A stretch of 64,000 nucleotides of DNA, taken from contig WFTQ01000084.1 of assembly GCA_015485355.1 (NCBI GenBank), forward strand, positions 10,104-74,103, read 5' to 3'. Below are positions 10,628 through 19,182 of this stretch, piece after piece; positions within the stretch are counted from its first letter, which is position 1, and each line of letters begins with the position of its first letter. The translations under genes were made by a program, and so were the position numbers. The notes under the pieces were generated by a model. That model saw nothing but the letters and a program-made list of their open reading frames with translations, was not told the DNA's origin and did no database searches. This DNA is from a bacterium (GTDB lineage: Bacteria > Calditrichota > Calditrichia > RBG-13-44-9 > J042).

Positions 10628-10852
10628 ACTATTCTCCCTTTGTTTTCACCCGGTTCAACGAAAGAAAATTACAGGCCGCGGTGGAAAATTCAAAAGTAAA
10701 ACCGATTTTTCCGGGGACAGGGGCAAGGTTTCCCTCCACACCCTATTCAGGGGATATGCTGTAAATCCTGCCTTTCTTCTGTTCGGTGCCCTTGCCGCAA
10801 TCCGGTCAACAACGCTGTTCGGCGGCCCGCCGCCCGCTTTGCGCCCGGTAAC

Positions 10853-12094
10853 CTATCCGGTGCCGTCTGTCGGCCCGGTTCCACCCTCGGGGAATCGAAA
10901 CCGGACAACCTCGGCCCGCTGAAGCGCATCGCGGATCAACCCCTCCACATCCAGTCGGGCTTCGGCCTCTTGAACCACTTCCAGTCTGGCGCGAGTCACC
11001 GGATGTCGGGGGACAAAAAGGGAACAGCAGTCTTCATAGGGTTCCACGGATATGTCGTAGGTGCCCAACTTTCGTGCCATCTCCACAATTTCTTCCTTAT
11101 CGTTACCCGAAAGAGGCCGCAATACCGGCAGCCGGGTCACTTCGTTGATGACCTGAAGATTGCTTAAAGTTTGCGAGGCCACCTGAGCAATGCTTTCCCC
11201 GGTGACCAAGGCCCGAGCGCGTTCCCGGCGGGCAATGCGCTCTGCCAATCGCAACATGAACCGGCGGTACAATACCACCCGATAATCCGTCGGGGCTTTG
11301 AGCATAATTTCCTGTTGCACTTCCAGAAAGGGTACCAGGTATAATTTGGAGTCATACTGGTATTGCGTCAACAACCGGACCAACCGCCCGGAATTCCGGA
11401 TGGAAGCATCACTGGTAAAGGGAACGCTGTGGAAATGGACAAAGATTAATCGAACTCCCCGTTTCATGATGGTGTAAGAGGCCACCGGGGAATCGATGCC
11501 GGCCGACAACAGACTTACCGCTCGTTCGCTGACGCCTACCGGCAATCCCCGGGGGCCGGCGATGCGTTCCGCGTACAGGATGGCAAAGCGATCAAATATT
11601 TCGATATAGCAGGTCCGTTGGGGATGACTCAGATCCACTCGTGCACCGCTCTGCTTTTGAATGGCGGCACCGATGCGGACATTTACTTGCTGAGAATTAT
11701 AAGGAAAAGCCTTTTGGGACCGCCGGGTGGACACCCGAAATGTCTGAAAGACCATCTGCTTCATCAGTGCCAAAGCCGCCGCTTCTATGGGTTCGATCGC
11801 CTGCTCCGTCAAGACGGCCGGCGCGAAATAGGCCACGCCAAACACGTTTTTCAACCGGGACTCCAGAAGTTCCCAATCATAATCCCGGGGTAAAACCAGG
11901 GCGAATCGCCCGTGAAACCGCCGGACAAGGCCGATGCCGGCATCGGCCAGAGCCCGCTTGATGTTTCGCATCAGCTGATTCTCGAACATGCTCCGGTTCT
12001 CCCCTTTCAACCCCACTTCGGCATAGTGAATGACCACGCAGGGTTGAGCGGTGGGGACATCCCGGGTGACCCTTTCCAGAACGTTTGGCTTCAT
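10853..12094 (-). CDS. thiI: tRNA 4-thiouridine(8) synthase ThiI (short form, no rhodanese domain)
   Basis: YAEVGLKGENR, THUMP domain, LLSAGIDSPVA PP-loop, TGESIAQVASQT, EDCC. Confidence 0.93.
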   Translation of the reverse strand: MKPNVLERVTRDVPTAQPCVVIHYAEVGLKGENRSMFENQLMRNIKRALADAGIGLVRRFHGRFALVLPRDYDWELLESRLKNVFGVAYFAPAVLTEQAIEPIEAAALALMKQMVFQTFRVSTRRSQKAFPYNSQQVNVRIGAAIQKQSGARVDLSHPQRTCYIEIFDRFAILYAERIAGPRGLPVGVSERAVSLLSAGIDSPVASYTIMKRGVRLIFVHFHSVPFTSDASIRNSGRLVRLLTQYQYDSKLYLVPFLEVQQEIMLKAPTDYRVVLYRRFMLRLAERIARRERARALVTGESIAQVASQTLSNLQVINEVTRLPVLRPLSGNDKEEIVEMARKLGTYDISVEPYEDCCSLFVPRHPVTRARLEVVQEAEARLDVEGLIRDALQRAEVVRFRFPEGGTGPTDGTG

Positions 12095-12214
12095 ATCCCA
12101 TCATTCTACAAAATATCTGTTTGTTACGCAAGAAGAAAGGTTCGTCCCTACCCTCACCCGGCTCCCCATGCTTCCTCCACACCCCTATTTACAATGTTTC
12201 TGGATTTTTACCCC

Positions 12215-12235
12215 ATTGTAACACGATTGTAACAC
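12215..12235 (+). promoter_or_regulatory. Pho-box-like tandem direct repeat ATTGTAACAC x2, 11-bp period
   Basis: Perfect 10-mer at 12215 and 12226, 45 nt upstream of pstS; an 11-bp period is characteristic of PhoB/OmpR-family sites. Confidence 0.7.
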
Positions 12236-12279
12236 TGGTTTGTTATCATAGCCACCCTAACAAACAAGGAGCATAATTT

Positions 12280-13263
12280 ATGGAGCCGTTGAAACGCAGT
12301 GGATTCACATTCATCCGGCTGTGGGTGATTCTGGGTTTACTGACCCATCTGTGGGCCCAGAGTATTCAAGTCGACGCGGACCTCCCCCGGTATAAAAAAG
12401 TTCGTGGAATCCGCGGGAATGCCAACAGCATCGGTTCGGACACGATGAACAATTTAATGACCCTATGGCTGGAGGGATTCAAGAAGTACTATCCGATGGT
12501 GAACATTCAGGTGGAAGGGAAGGGGTCGTCCACCGCCCCGCCGGCCCTGATCGAAGGGATCGCCCAATTCGGTCCCATGTCTCGTAAAATGAAGGCCAAA
12601 GAAGTGGATGCCTTTGAGAAAAAATATGGATTCAAACCCACCGAAATTCGAGTAGCATTGGACGCCTTGGCGGTATTTGTCAATCGGGACAACCCTTTAG
12701 ATTGTTTGAGCCTGGAAGAACTGGACGCCATCTTTTCTTCCACCCGTAAGCGGGGCTATCCGGAAAACATCACCCGATGGGGCCAACTGGGCTTAACCGG
12801 CGCATGGAGCAACAAGCCCATCAGCATTTTCGGACGCAACTCCGCCAGCGGTACATACGGGTTTTTCAAAAAGATCGTCCTGAGAAAAGGCGATTATAAA
12901 AACATCGTTAAAGAGCAACCCGGATCCGCTTCGGTGGTTCAAGGAATCACCGAAGATCGTTACGCCATCGGCTACAGCGGCATCGGCTACATCACTTCCG
13001 GAGTGAAAGCGCTGGCCCTGGCCAAGAAAAAGGGTGCGCCGTGTTACCACGGCACTTATGAAAATGTGATCGCTAAAAAATATCCCCTTTCCCGATACCT
13101 GTACATCTACATCGTTAAAACCCCCAATAAACCCCTGGATCCCCTGGTGAGGGAATTCCTAAAATTTGTTCTGAGTTACGAAGGTCAAAAGATCGTTGCC
13201 AAAGATGGATATCTTCCCTTGCCGGCCAAGGTGGTCCAGGAAGAACGAATGAAACTGCAATAA
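12280..13263 (+). CDS. pstS: Phosphate ABC transporter substrate-binding protein
   Basis: SIGSDTM, EGKGSSTA, GRNSASGTY, YPLSRYLY; first gene of pst operon. Confidence 0.95.
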   Translation: MEPLKRSGFTFIRLWVILGLLTHLWAQSIQVDADLPRYKKVRGIRGNANSIGSDTMNNLMTLWLEGFKKYYPMVNIQVEGKGSSTAPPALIEGIAQFGPMSRKMKAKEVDAFEKKYGFKPTEIRVALDALAVFVNRDNPLDCLSLEELDAIFSSTRKRGYPENITRWGQLGLTGAWSNKPISIFGRNSASGTYGFFKKIVLRKGDYKNIVKEQPGSASVVQGITEDRYAIGYSGIGYITSGVKALALAKKKGAPCYHGTYENVIAKKYPLSRYLYIYIVKTPNKPLDPLVREFLKFVLSYEGQKIVAKDGYLPLPAKVVQEERMKLQ

Positions 13264-13299
13264 TTCCGGGATGAATGGATCAGCCGAAGACTAATCAAG

Positions 13300-15525
13300 A
13301 TGATGAAGCCGAAGAGATCGCTTAGCACGGACATCTCCTCTTTTCGTCTACGGACCTATCGCAGGGACCGCCGGGCCCGCTGGATCATCACCCTGGCCGG
13401 ATACGGCATCATTCTGAGCATCGTTCTGATTTTCGTTTACCTGGTGAAAGAAAGTCTGCCGCTTTCCTTTGGGGCTTCGGTTCAAAAATGGTTCGGCTGG
13501 GGACTGCCTCGGGATGAAAACGTGCTGCTCACCGGTGTCGATTCTTATCAGGAAGTGGTATACGTCCTGACCGCCGGGGGCAAGATCAAATTTTTCCGGA
13601 TGCGGGACAAGGCTTTAATTCAACAGGACTCCCTGCCGTTGTTTCCGGGCGAACACCTCCTCAGCGCTTCCAAAGGCAGCCTTCAACAGGAATGGTTCGC
13701 AGTGGGCACCGATTCAGGACGCATTTTGACCGCTCTCATCCGGTTTATCCCCCACTATACCGACACAGGCAGAGTCATTCTGCCCCAAACCTCTCTTGAA
13801 GAAACTTTTTTCGCCGATCCCGGGCAGGCGGCGGGCCATGTGGAACGTTTGGTATTTCGCCGAAACGAAGAAGGGCAACGCTTCTGGCTCTGGGAAACCC
13901 ACACCGGAGAACTGTTTCTGCGACATTCCGACACGGAATTTGAAGAAGTATATCGGGTCAGCATTCCCAGGCCATGGGGTGAACACACCCTCACGGCGTT
14001 GACCATGAGCTATAGCGGAGAACATATCGCCTTCGGCACTTCCGGCGGAGAGGTGTACTGGTTTCGTTATGCCGACGGCGAGGTGGTTTTGCAGGATCGT
14101 TTTCAGGAAAGCGAAATGCCCGTGAGTGCTCTGTCCTATTTGATTGGAGATAATGCCCTGGTCGTGGGCGACACGGACGGCCGGGTGAGTGTTTGGTTTC
14201 CGGTTTACGGTCCCAGTCAGATTTACAAAATGCAACCGATTCATCGATTTCGTTCTCACCCGGCGGCCGTGGAACAAATCTATCCGTCCCCCAGAAACCG
14301 AAACTTTTTAACCATCGACACCCGGGGCAATGCTCATCTGAATTATTCAACCACCGGCCGCACCCAGCTGGAATTTCAGCCGGCTTCCAATCGCATCCAG
14401 GCCGCGGCCATTGCTCCCAAAGCGAATGGCATCGTGGTGGTCGATGCCCAACATCGGATCGGCCATTTTTTGCTGGATAATCCTCATCCAGAAATCACCC
14501 TGAAAACCCTTCTGGGCAAGGTCTGGTACGAAGGTTATCCCCGCCCCGCATTCGTCTGGCAATCCACGGGGGGCTCCGATGCCTTTGAACCCAAATTCAG
14601 CCTGGTTCCCTTGATTTTCGGCACCTTTAAGGGGACGCTCTACGCCATGGTCTTTTCCGTTCCTCTGGCCCTGCTGGCAGCCATTTATGTTTCCCAATTC
14701 GCCCCCTACTGGCTGTCTCGGCTGGTCAAACCCACCGTAGAGATCATGGCCGCCCTGCCCAGCGTGGTCATCGGGTTTCTGGGGGGACTGTACTTCGCAC
14801 CCTTGTTCGAACAACACCTGACCGCCATATTAATCTTCTTGATCATGCTGCCCGGGGTTTTTCTGATTTTCATTCTGGGTTGGCGCCAGGTTCCCGAATC
14901 CCATCGCCTGCGAATTCCCATAGGATGGGAACTGTGGTTTACCATTCCGGTGGCCCTGCTGGCCATCAGCCTTTCCCTGACGCTGGCTCCATACATCGAA
15001 CAGGGGTTCTTTGGCGGCGATTTAAAACAATGGATCTATATGACGCTGGGAATGACCTACGATACCCGCAACAGCATTGTGGTAGGATTTGCCCTGGGGT
15101 TTGCGGTCATTCCCATCATCTTCACCGTTGCGGAAGATGCCCTCAGTAACGTGCCGGATTCGCTCACGTCGGCATCGCTGGCGCTGGGGGCCTCCCGCTG
15201 GCAAACGGTCCGACGGGTGGTGTTGCCCGCCGCTGCCGGCGGGATATTCGCCGCGGTTATGCTGGGTTTCGGCCGCGCCGTGGGCGAAACCATGATCGTG
15301 TTGATGGCCACCGGCAACACCCCCATTATCGACCTGAGTCCATTCAATGGCTTTCGCACTATGAGCGCCTGCATCGCCGTGGAAATTCCCGAGGCCCCTG
15401 TAGGCGGCACCCTCTACCGGGTCCTCTTTTTAACCGCCCTGTTGCTGTTTACATTCACCTTTATCATCAACACCCTGTCCTCCGTGGTTGGAGAACGGTT
15501 GCGCAAAAAATATGCGAGATTTTAA
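13300..15525 (+). CDS. pstC: Phosphate ABC transporter permease PstC (long form with large beta-rich periplasmic domain)
   Basis: WQSTGGSDAFEPKFSLVPL, EIMAALPSVV, GRAVGETMIVLMATGNT. Confidence 0.92.
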   Translation: MMKPKRSLSTDISSFRLRTYRRDRRARWIITLAGYGIILSIVLIFVYLVKESLPLSFGASVQKWFGWGLPRDENVLLTGVDSYQEVVYVLTAGGKIKFFRMRDKALIQQDSLPLFPGEHLLSASKGSLQQEWFAVGTDSGRILTALIRFIPHYTDTGRVILPQTSLEETFFADPGQAAGHVERLVFRRNEEGQRFWLWETHTGELFLRHSDTEFEEVYRVSIPRPWGEHTLTALTMSYSGEHIAFGTSGGEVYWFRYADGEVVLQDRFQESEMPVSALSYLIGDNALVVGDTDGRVSVWFPVYGPSQIYKMQPIHRFRSHPAAVEQIYPSPRNRNFLTIDTRGNAHLNYSTTGRTQLEFQPASNRIQAAAIAPKANGIVVVDAQHRIGHFLLDNPHPEITLKTLLGKVWYEGYPRPAFVWQSTGGSDAFEPKFSLVPLIFGTFKGTLYAMVFSVPLALLAAIYVSQFAPYWLSRLVKPTVEIMAALPSVVIGFLGGLYFAPLFEQHLTAILIFLIMLPGVFLIFILGWRQVPESHRLRIPIGWELWFTIPVALLAISLSLTLAPYIEQGFFGGDLKQWIYMTLGMTYDTRNSIVVGFALGFAVIPIIFTVAEDALSNVPDSLTSASLALGASRWQTVRRVVLPAAAGGIFAAVMLGFGRAVGETMIVLMATGNTPIIDLSPFNGFRTMSACIAVEIPEAPVGGTLYRVLFLTALLLFTFTFIINTLSSVVGERLRKKYARF

Positions 15526-15528
15526 ACG

Positions 15529-17187
15529 ATGAAGGATCGACGAATCAGCTATTTCCGGCAAAAAGGCGATGCCTACATCATGGGTACCAGCCTCGGACTG
15601 GTATTGTCGTTGCTGATGGTCGCTTTCATCCTGGGCGTCATCCTGGTAAAGGGACTGGGCTTTTTCTGGCCCTCGGACCTGCTGTATTTACAGTTAAAAG
15701 ACGGTAAACACTACCTGGGTGAGGTAACCGACCGGGAAGAAAGCGTTCGCTTCTCCGAGTCCGGAGAGCCGCTGCACATACAAGAGGTTCAGTTAAAGAT
15801 CGGAAACCGCGATCTGTATGGGCTGGATTTTGTTTGGATTGACCTGAGCGATGTAGTTGAGCAGACCTATCCCGCCCATGCCATCACCATTGAACGTCTG
15901 GAATACGGGAATTTTTATGGATTTCCCCAAAAGGTGCGATGGGGGGAGCGCCAGTGGGAGGTTCACCATCCCGATTTCCCCCAACAGCTGCGCCGGTTGC
16001 ATCACCAGGCGGTGGCCAACCGCAAGCAGATCGCCCGCCTGGAAAAACAGCTGAATCGATTGTTGGAGCCGTTATCGCACGTCGAAAGAGCGATTTCTCT
16101 GCTGGAAATCTCTCCCGAGGCCCAAACGCCGGAGGGGCGACGGAAAATGCAGCAACTGGAAGAACAAATTCGGCAGCTGGAAACGGCGATCCGTGAACCC
16201 TACACGCGCCTGACCCGGCAACTGGAAAGCCGATATCAGGAGAATCGGCAACTGGTCCTGTCCCTGATCACGGCCGACAAGCAGGTAAAGGAAATTCCCC
16301 TGGAAAAAATCGTGCGATGCTATTTTCCCAATCAGATGGGCTTTTTTCAGAAAGCGAGCCTGTATGCCTCCAAATTATGGGAATTCGTCTCCGCCGATCC
16401 CCGGGAATCCAACACCGAGGGGGGAATTTTCCCCGCCATTTTCGGCACGGTATTGATGGTCCTGATCATGTCCATTGCCGTGGTGCCTTTTGGTGTGCTG
16501 GCGGCCATATATCTGTGCGAATATGCTCGTCCCGGCCCGGTGGTACGTCTGATCCGCCTGTCGATTAACAATCTGGCGGGGGTACCGTCCATTGTTTTCG
16601 GCATATTCGGTCTAAGCTTTTTCATATATATGATCGGAGGGAGCATCGATCAATTATTCTTCAGCAGCAAGCTGCCCGAACCCACCTTTGGAACGGGCGG
16701 TATCTTGTGGGCTTCCTTGACCCTGGCGTTGCTTACCCTGCCTGTGGTGGTAGTGGCCACAGAAGAAGGCATTCTGGCGGTGCCTCAGGCCAACAAAGAA
16801 GCGGCGCTGGCCCTGGGGGCCACCCGGTGGCAGATGATCCGCAAAATCATCCTACCCAATGCCATGCCCGGTATTCTAACGGGTCTAATCTTGGCGATCA
16901 GCCGCGGAGCCGGGGAAGTGGCCCCCTTAATGATCACCGGGGTGGTGAAACTGGCACCCTCCCTGCCACTGGATACCACCTTCCCCTTTCTGCACCTGGA
17001 TCGCAAATTTATGCATCTGGGATTTCATATATACGATGTGGGATTTCAGTCGCCCAATGTGGAGGCGGCCAAACCCATGGTCTACACCACCGCCCTTCTG
17101 CTCATCCTATTGGTGGTGGTATTAAACCTGATCGCCATACGCATGCGCAATCACTTACGTAAAAAATATAAAATGGCCGCTTTTTAA
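15529..17187 (+). CDS. pstA: Phosphate ABC transporter permease PstA (long form with coiled-coil insert)
   Basis: [39 protein letters not shown]. Confidence 0.93.
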   Translation: MKDRRISYFRQKGDAYIMGTSLGLVLSLLMVAFILGVILVKGLGFFWPSDLLYLQLKDGKHYLGEVTDREESVRFSESGEPLHIQEVQLKIGNRDLYGLDFVWIDLSDVVEQTYPAHAITIERLEYGNFYGFPQKVRWGERQWEVHHPDFPQQLRRLHHQAVANRKQIARLEKQLNRLLEPLSHVERAISLLEISPEAQTPEGRRKMQQLEEQIRQLETAIREPYTRLTRQLESRYQENRQLVLSLITADKQVKEIPLEKIVRCYFPNQMGFFQKASLYASKLWEFVSADPRESNTEGGIFPAIFGTVLMVLIMSIAVVPFGVLAAIYLCEYARPGPVVRLIRLSINNLAGVPSIVFGIFGLSFFIYMIGGSIDQLFFSSKLPEPTFGTGGILWASLTLALLTLPVVVVATEEGILAVPQANKEAALALGATRWQMIRKIILPNAMPGILTGLILAISRGAGEVAPLMITGVVKLAPSLPLDTTFPFLHLDRKFMHLGFHIYDVGFQSPNVEAAKPMVYTTALLLILLVVVLNLIAIRMRNHLRKKYKMAAF

Positions 17188-17203
17188 AACAACAGGGGTT
17201 CCT

Positions 17204-18046
17204 ATGGTAGAGGTCAAAAAAGTGGACACCGAAGTGCAACTTCAATTTAAGGTTCCGGAAACCGATTATAACTCGATACTGGAAGGCGAAAACGTTGTCA
17301 TCGAGACCCTTCACCTGAATTTCTATTACACACCCGAGGTTCACGCATTAAAAGCTATTACCATTAAGATTCCCGAAAAGAAGGTGACCGCGTTCATCGG
17401 GCCCTCGGGGTGCGGAAAATCCACCCTGCTTCGTACCTTTAACCGGATGAACGACCTGATCCCCGGGGCTTATTTAACCGGCAAAGTGCTCATCGAAGGT
17501 CAGGACATCTACAGTAACAACATTCGTCTGGAAGAATTGCGTAAAAAAGTGGGCATGGTGTTTCAGAAATCCAATCCTTTTCCCATGTCCATCTGGGAAA
17601 ATGTGGCCTTCGGCCCGAAGGTCAACGGCATAACCGATAAGTCCCTCCTGGACGAGATGGTGGAATCCGCGTTAAAGCAGGCGGACTTATGGAAAGAAGT
17701 GAAAGACCGCTTGCATCAATCGGCGCTGGATTTATCCGGGGGACAACAACAACGGCTATGCATTGCCCGTACTCTGGCCAACAAGCCGGACATCATTTTA
17801 ATGGACGAACCCGCTTCGGCCCTGGACCCCATTTCCACGGGAAAGATTGAAGAAACCATCGAGGAATTAAAACAAAATTATACGATTGTGATAGTCACCC
17901 ACAATATGCAGCAGGCCGCAAGAATATCGGATTATACCGCGTTTATGATGCTGGGAGAATTGATCGAATACGACAAGACCAAGACCATTTTTACCAACCC
18001 CAAAGTGAAGCTGACAGAGGATTATATTACCGGGCGGTTTGGATAA
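17204..18046 (+). CDS. pstB: Phosphate ABC transporter ATPase
   Basis: [38 protein letters not shown]. Confidence 0.97.
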   Translation: MVEVKKVDTEVQLQFKVPETDYNSILEGENVVIETLHLNFYYTPEVHALKAITIKIPEKKVTAFIGPSGCGKSTLLRTFNRMNDLIPGAYLTGKVLIEGQDIYSNNIRLEELRKKVGMVFQKSNPFPMSIWENVAFGPKVNGITDKSLLDEMVESALKQADLWKEVKDRLHQSALDLSGGQQQRLCIARTLANKPDIILMDEPASALDPISTGKIEETIEELKQNYTIVIVTHNMQQAARISDYTAFMMLGELIEYDKTKTIFTNPKVKLTEDYITGRFG

Positions 18047-18104
18047 TTCCCGAAAATGCGGTAAAATAAAACCATCGGTTCCAATGAAGCGGGAGAAACC
18101 CCAC

Positions 18105-18764
18105 ATGAAAGAGAAAATGAAGCAATTGTTGGACAGCATCAAAAAGGATATCATTTATCTGGCCAACGAAGTGGAACATGCGTTGCGGCAGTCCATGAAA
18201 GCGTTAGAAAAACAGGATGTGGAGTTGGCCCGTATGGTCATCGAAAACGACACCGAGATCGATAAACTGGAAGTAAAGATCGAGGATCAAATTCTCACTC
18301 TGATGGCCTTACAGCAACCGGTGGCCATTGATCTGCGATTTATTGTGGCCGGATTGAAAATGAACAACGACCTGGAGCGAATCGGCGATCACGCGGTCAA
18401 CATATCCCAAACGGCCATTCAGCTGGCGGGAGAGCCGTATATCAAGCCTCTGGAAGATTTACCCCGTATGAGCGAAATTGCCTGCGACATGCTGCATGAA
18501 GCGGTCAATTCCTTCATTTATCAAGATACCGAACTGGCCCGGCAGGTCTGTGCCCGGGATACGGAGGTGGACGAACTGTACAGTAAAGTGGTCAATCACC
18601 TCATCGAAGTGGTGAAGGGCAAAATCGACAAATTGGAGCAGGCGTTTGCCCTGGCGCGGGTGGCGCGGGATTTGGAGCGCGTGGCCGACCTGGCCACCAA
18701 CTTGTGTGAAGACGTGGTCTTTATGAAAGAGGCCAAAATCATTCGTCATCATATGGAAAAGTAG
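18105..18764 (+). CDS. phoU: Phosphate signalling protein PhoU
   Basis: QQPVAIDLR, DLERIGDHAVNI, DLERVADLATN; start placed at ATG 18105 after GGGAG. Confidence 0.95.
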   Translation: MKEKMKQLLDSIKKDIIYLANEVEHALRQSMKALEKQDVELARMVIENDTEIDKLEVKIEDQILTLMALQQPVAIDLRFIVAGLKMNNDLERIGDHAVNISQTAIQLAGEPYIKPLEDLPRMSEIACDMLHEAVNSFIYQDTELARQVCARDTEVDELYSKVVNHLIEVVKGKIDKLEQAFALARVARDLERVADLATNLCEDVVFMKEAKIIRHHMEK

Positions 18765-18858
18765 CGGGCAAGGATGTATGCGGCAGTTTGTGGCCCCTTG
18801 AATGCAAACAAACGTTAATGCCGAGTTTTTCATCAATTATGGGAAAAAAATCTGGGTA

Positions 18859-18887
18859 TTGGAATTTTATTGCAAAAAGAATAAATT
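18859..18887 (+). promoter_or_regulatory. Putative promoter TTGGAA-N17-TAAATT for the TonB receptor leader
   Basis: 17-nt spacing; matches the recurrent window consensus. Confidence 0.45.
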
Positions 18888-19117
18888 TGAAGATTATGTT
18901 TCAATTGTAAAGCTTTTTGGTTTGAGGAGGCAAAGTGGGTTGGCAATATTGGGTCAGGCGGGGAGAGCGGGGCATTCCTTGTTTCTTTCATTCCTTTCCT
19001 GTAATCGCTTTCACCCGGCGAACCATTGCGGCGCAAACGGTTGATTGTCTTTTCGAGGGGCGGAAAAGGTCTCACCGGCTGGAGTGCATCCCCAAGCCTT
19101 GCAATACCTTATCGACG

Positions 19118-19147
19118 CCCTCTCCAACGCCGGCAGAGGGTTTTTTT
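19118..19147 (+). terminator. Intrinsic terminator-like hairpin in the 5' leader of the TonB receptor gene (attenuator)
   Basis: CCCTCT...AGAGGG stem followed by T7, ending 35 nt before the start codon. Confidence 0.6.
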
Positions 19148-19182
19148 ATTTTCTTACACTTAACTAAATCACAGGAGGAGCT

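Noticed and set aside
19012..19045. GGCGAACC...GCGCAAA resembling a c-di-GMP-I riboswitch
   Set aside because: The GNRA-capped stem between these segments and the downstream receptor stem are missing; kept only as part of the unclassified leader
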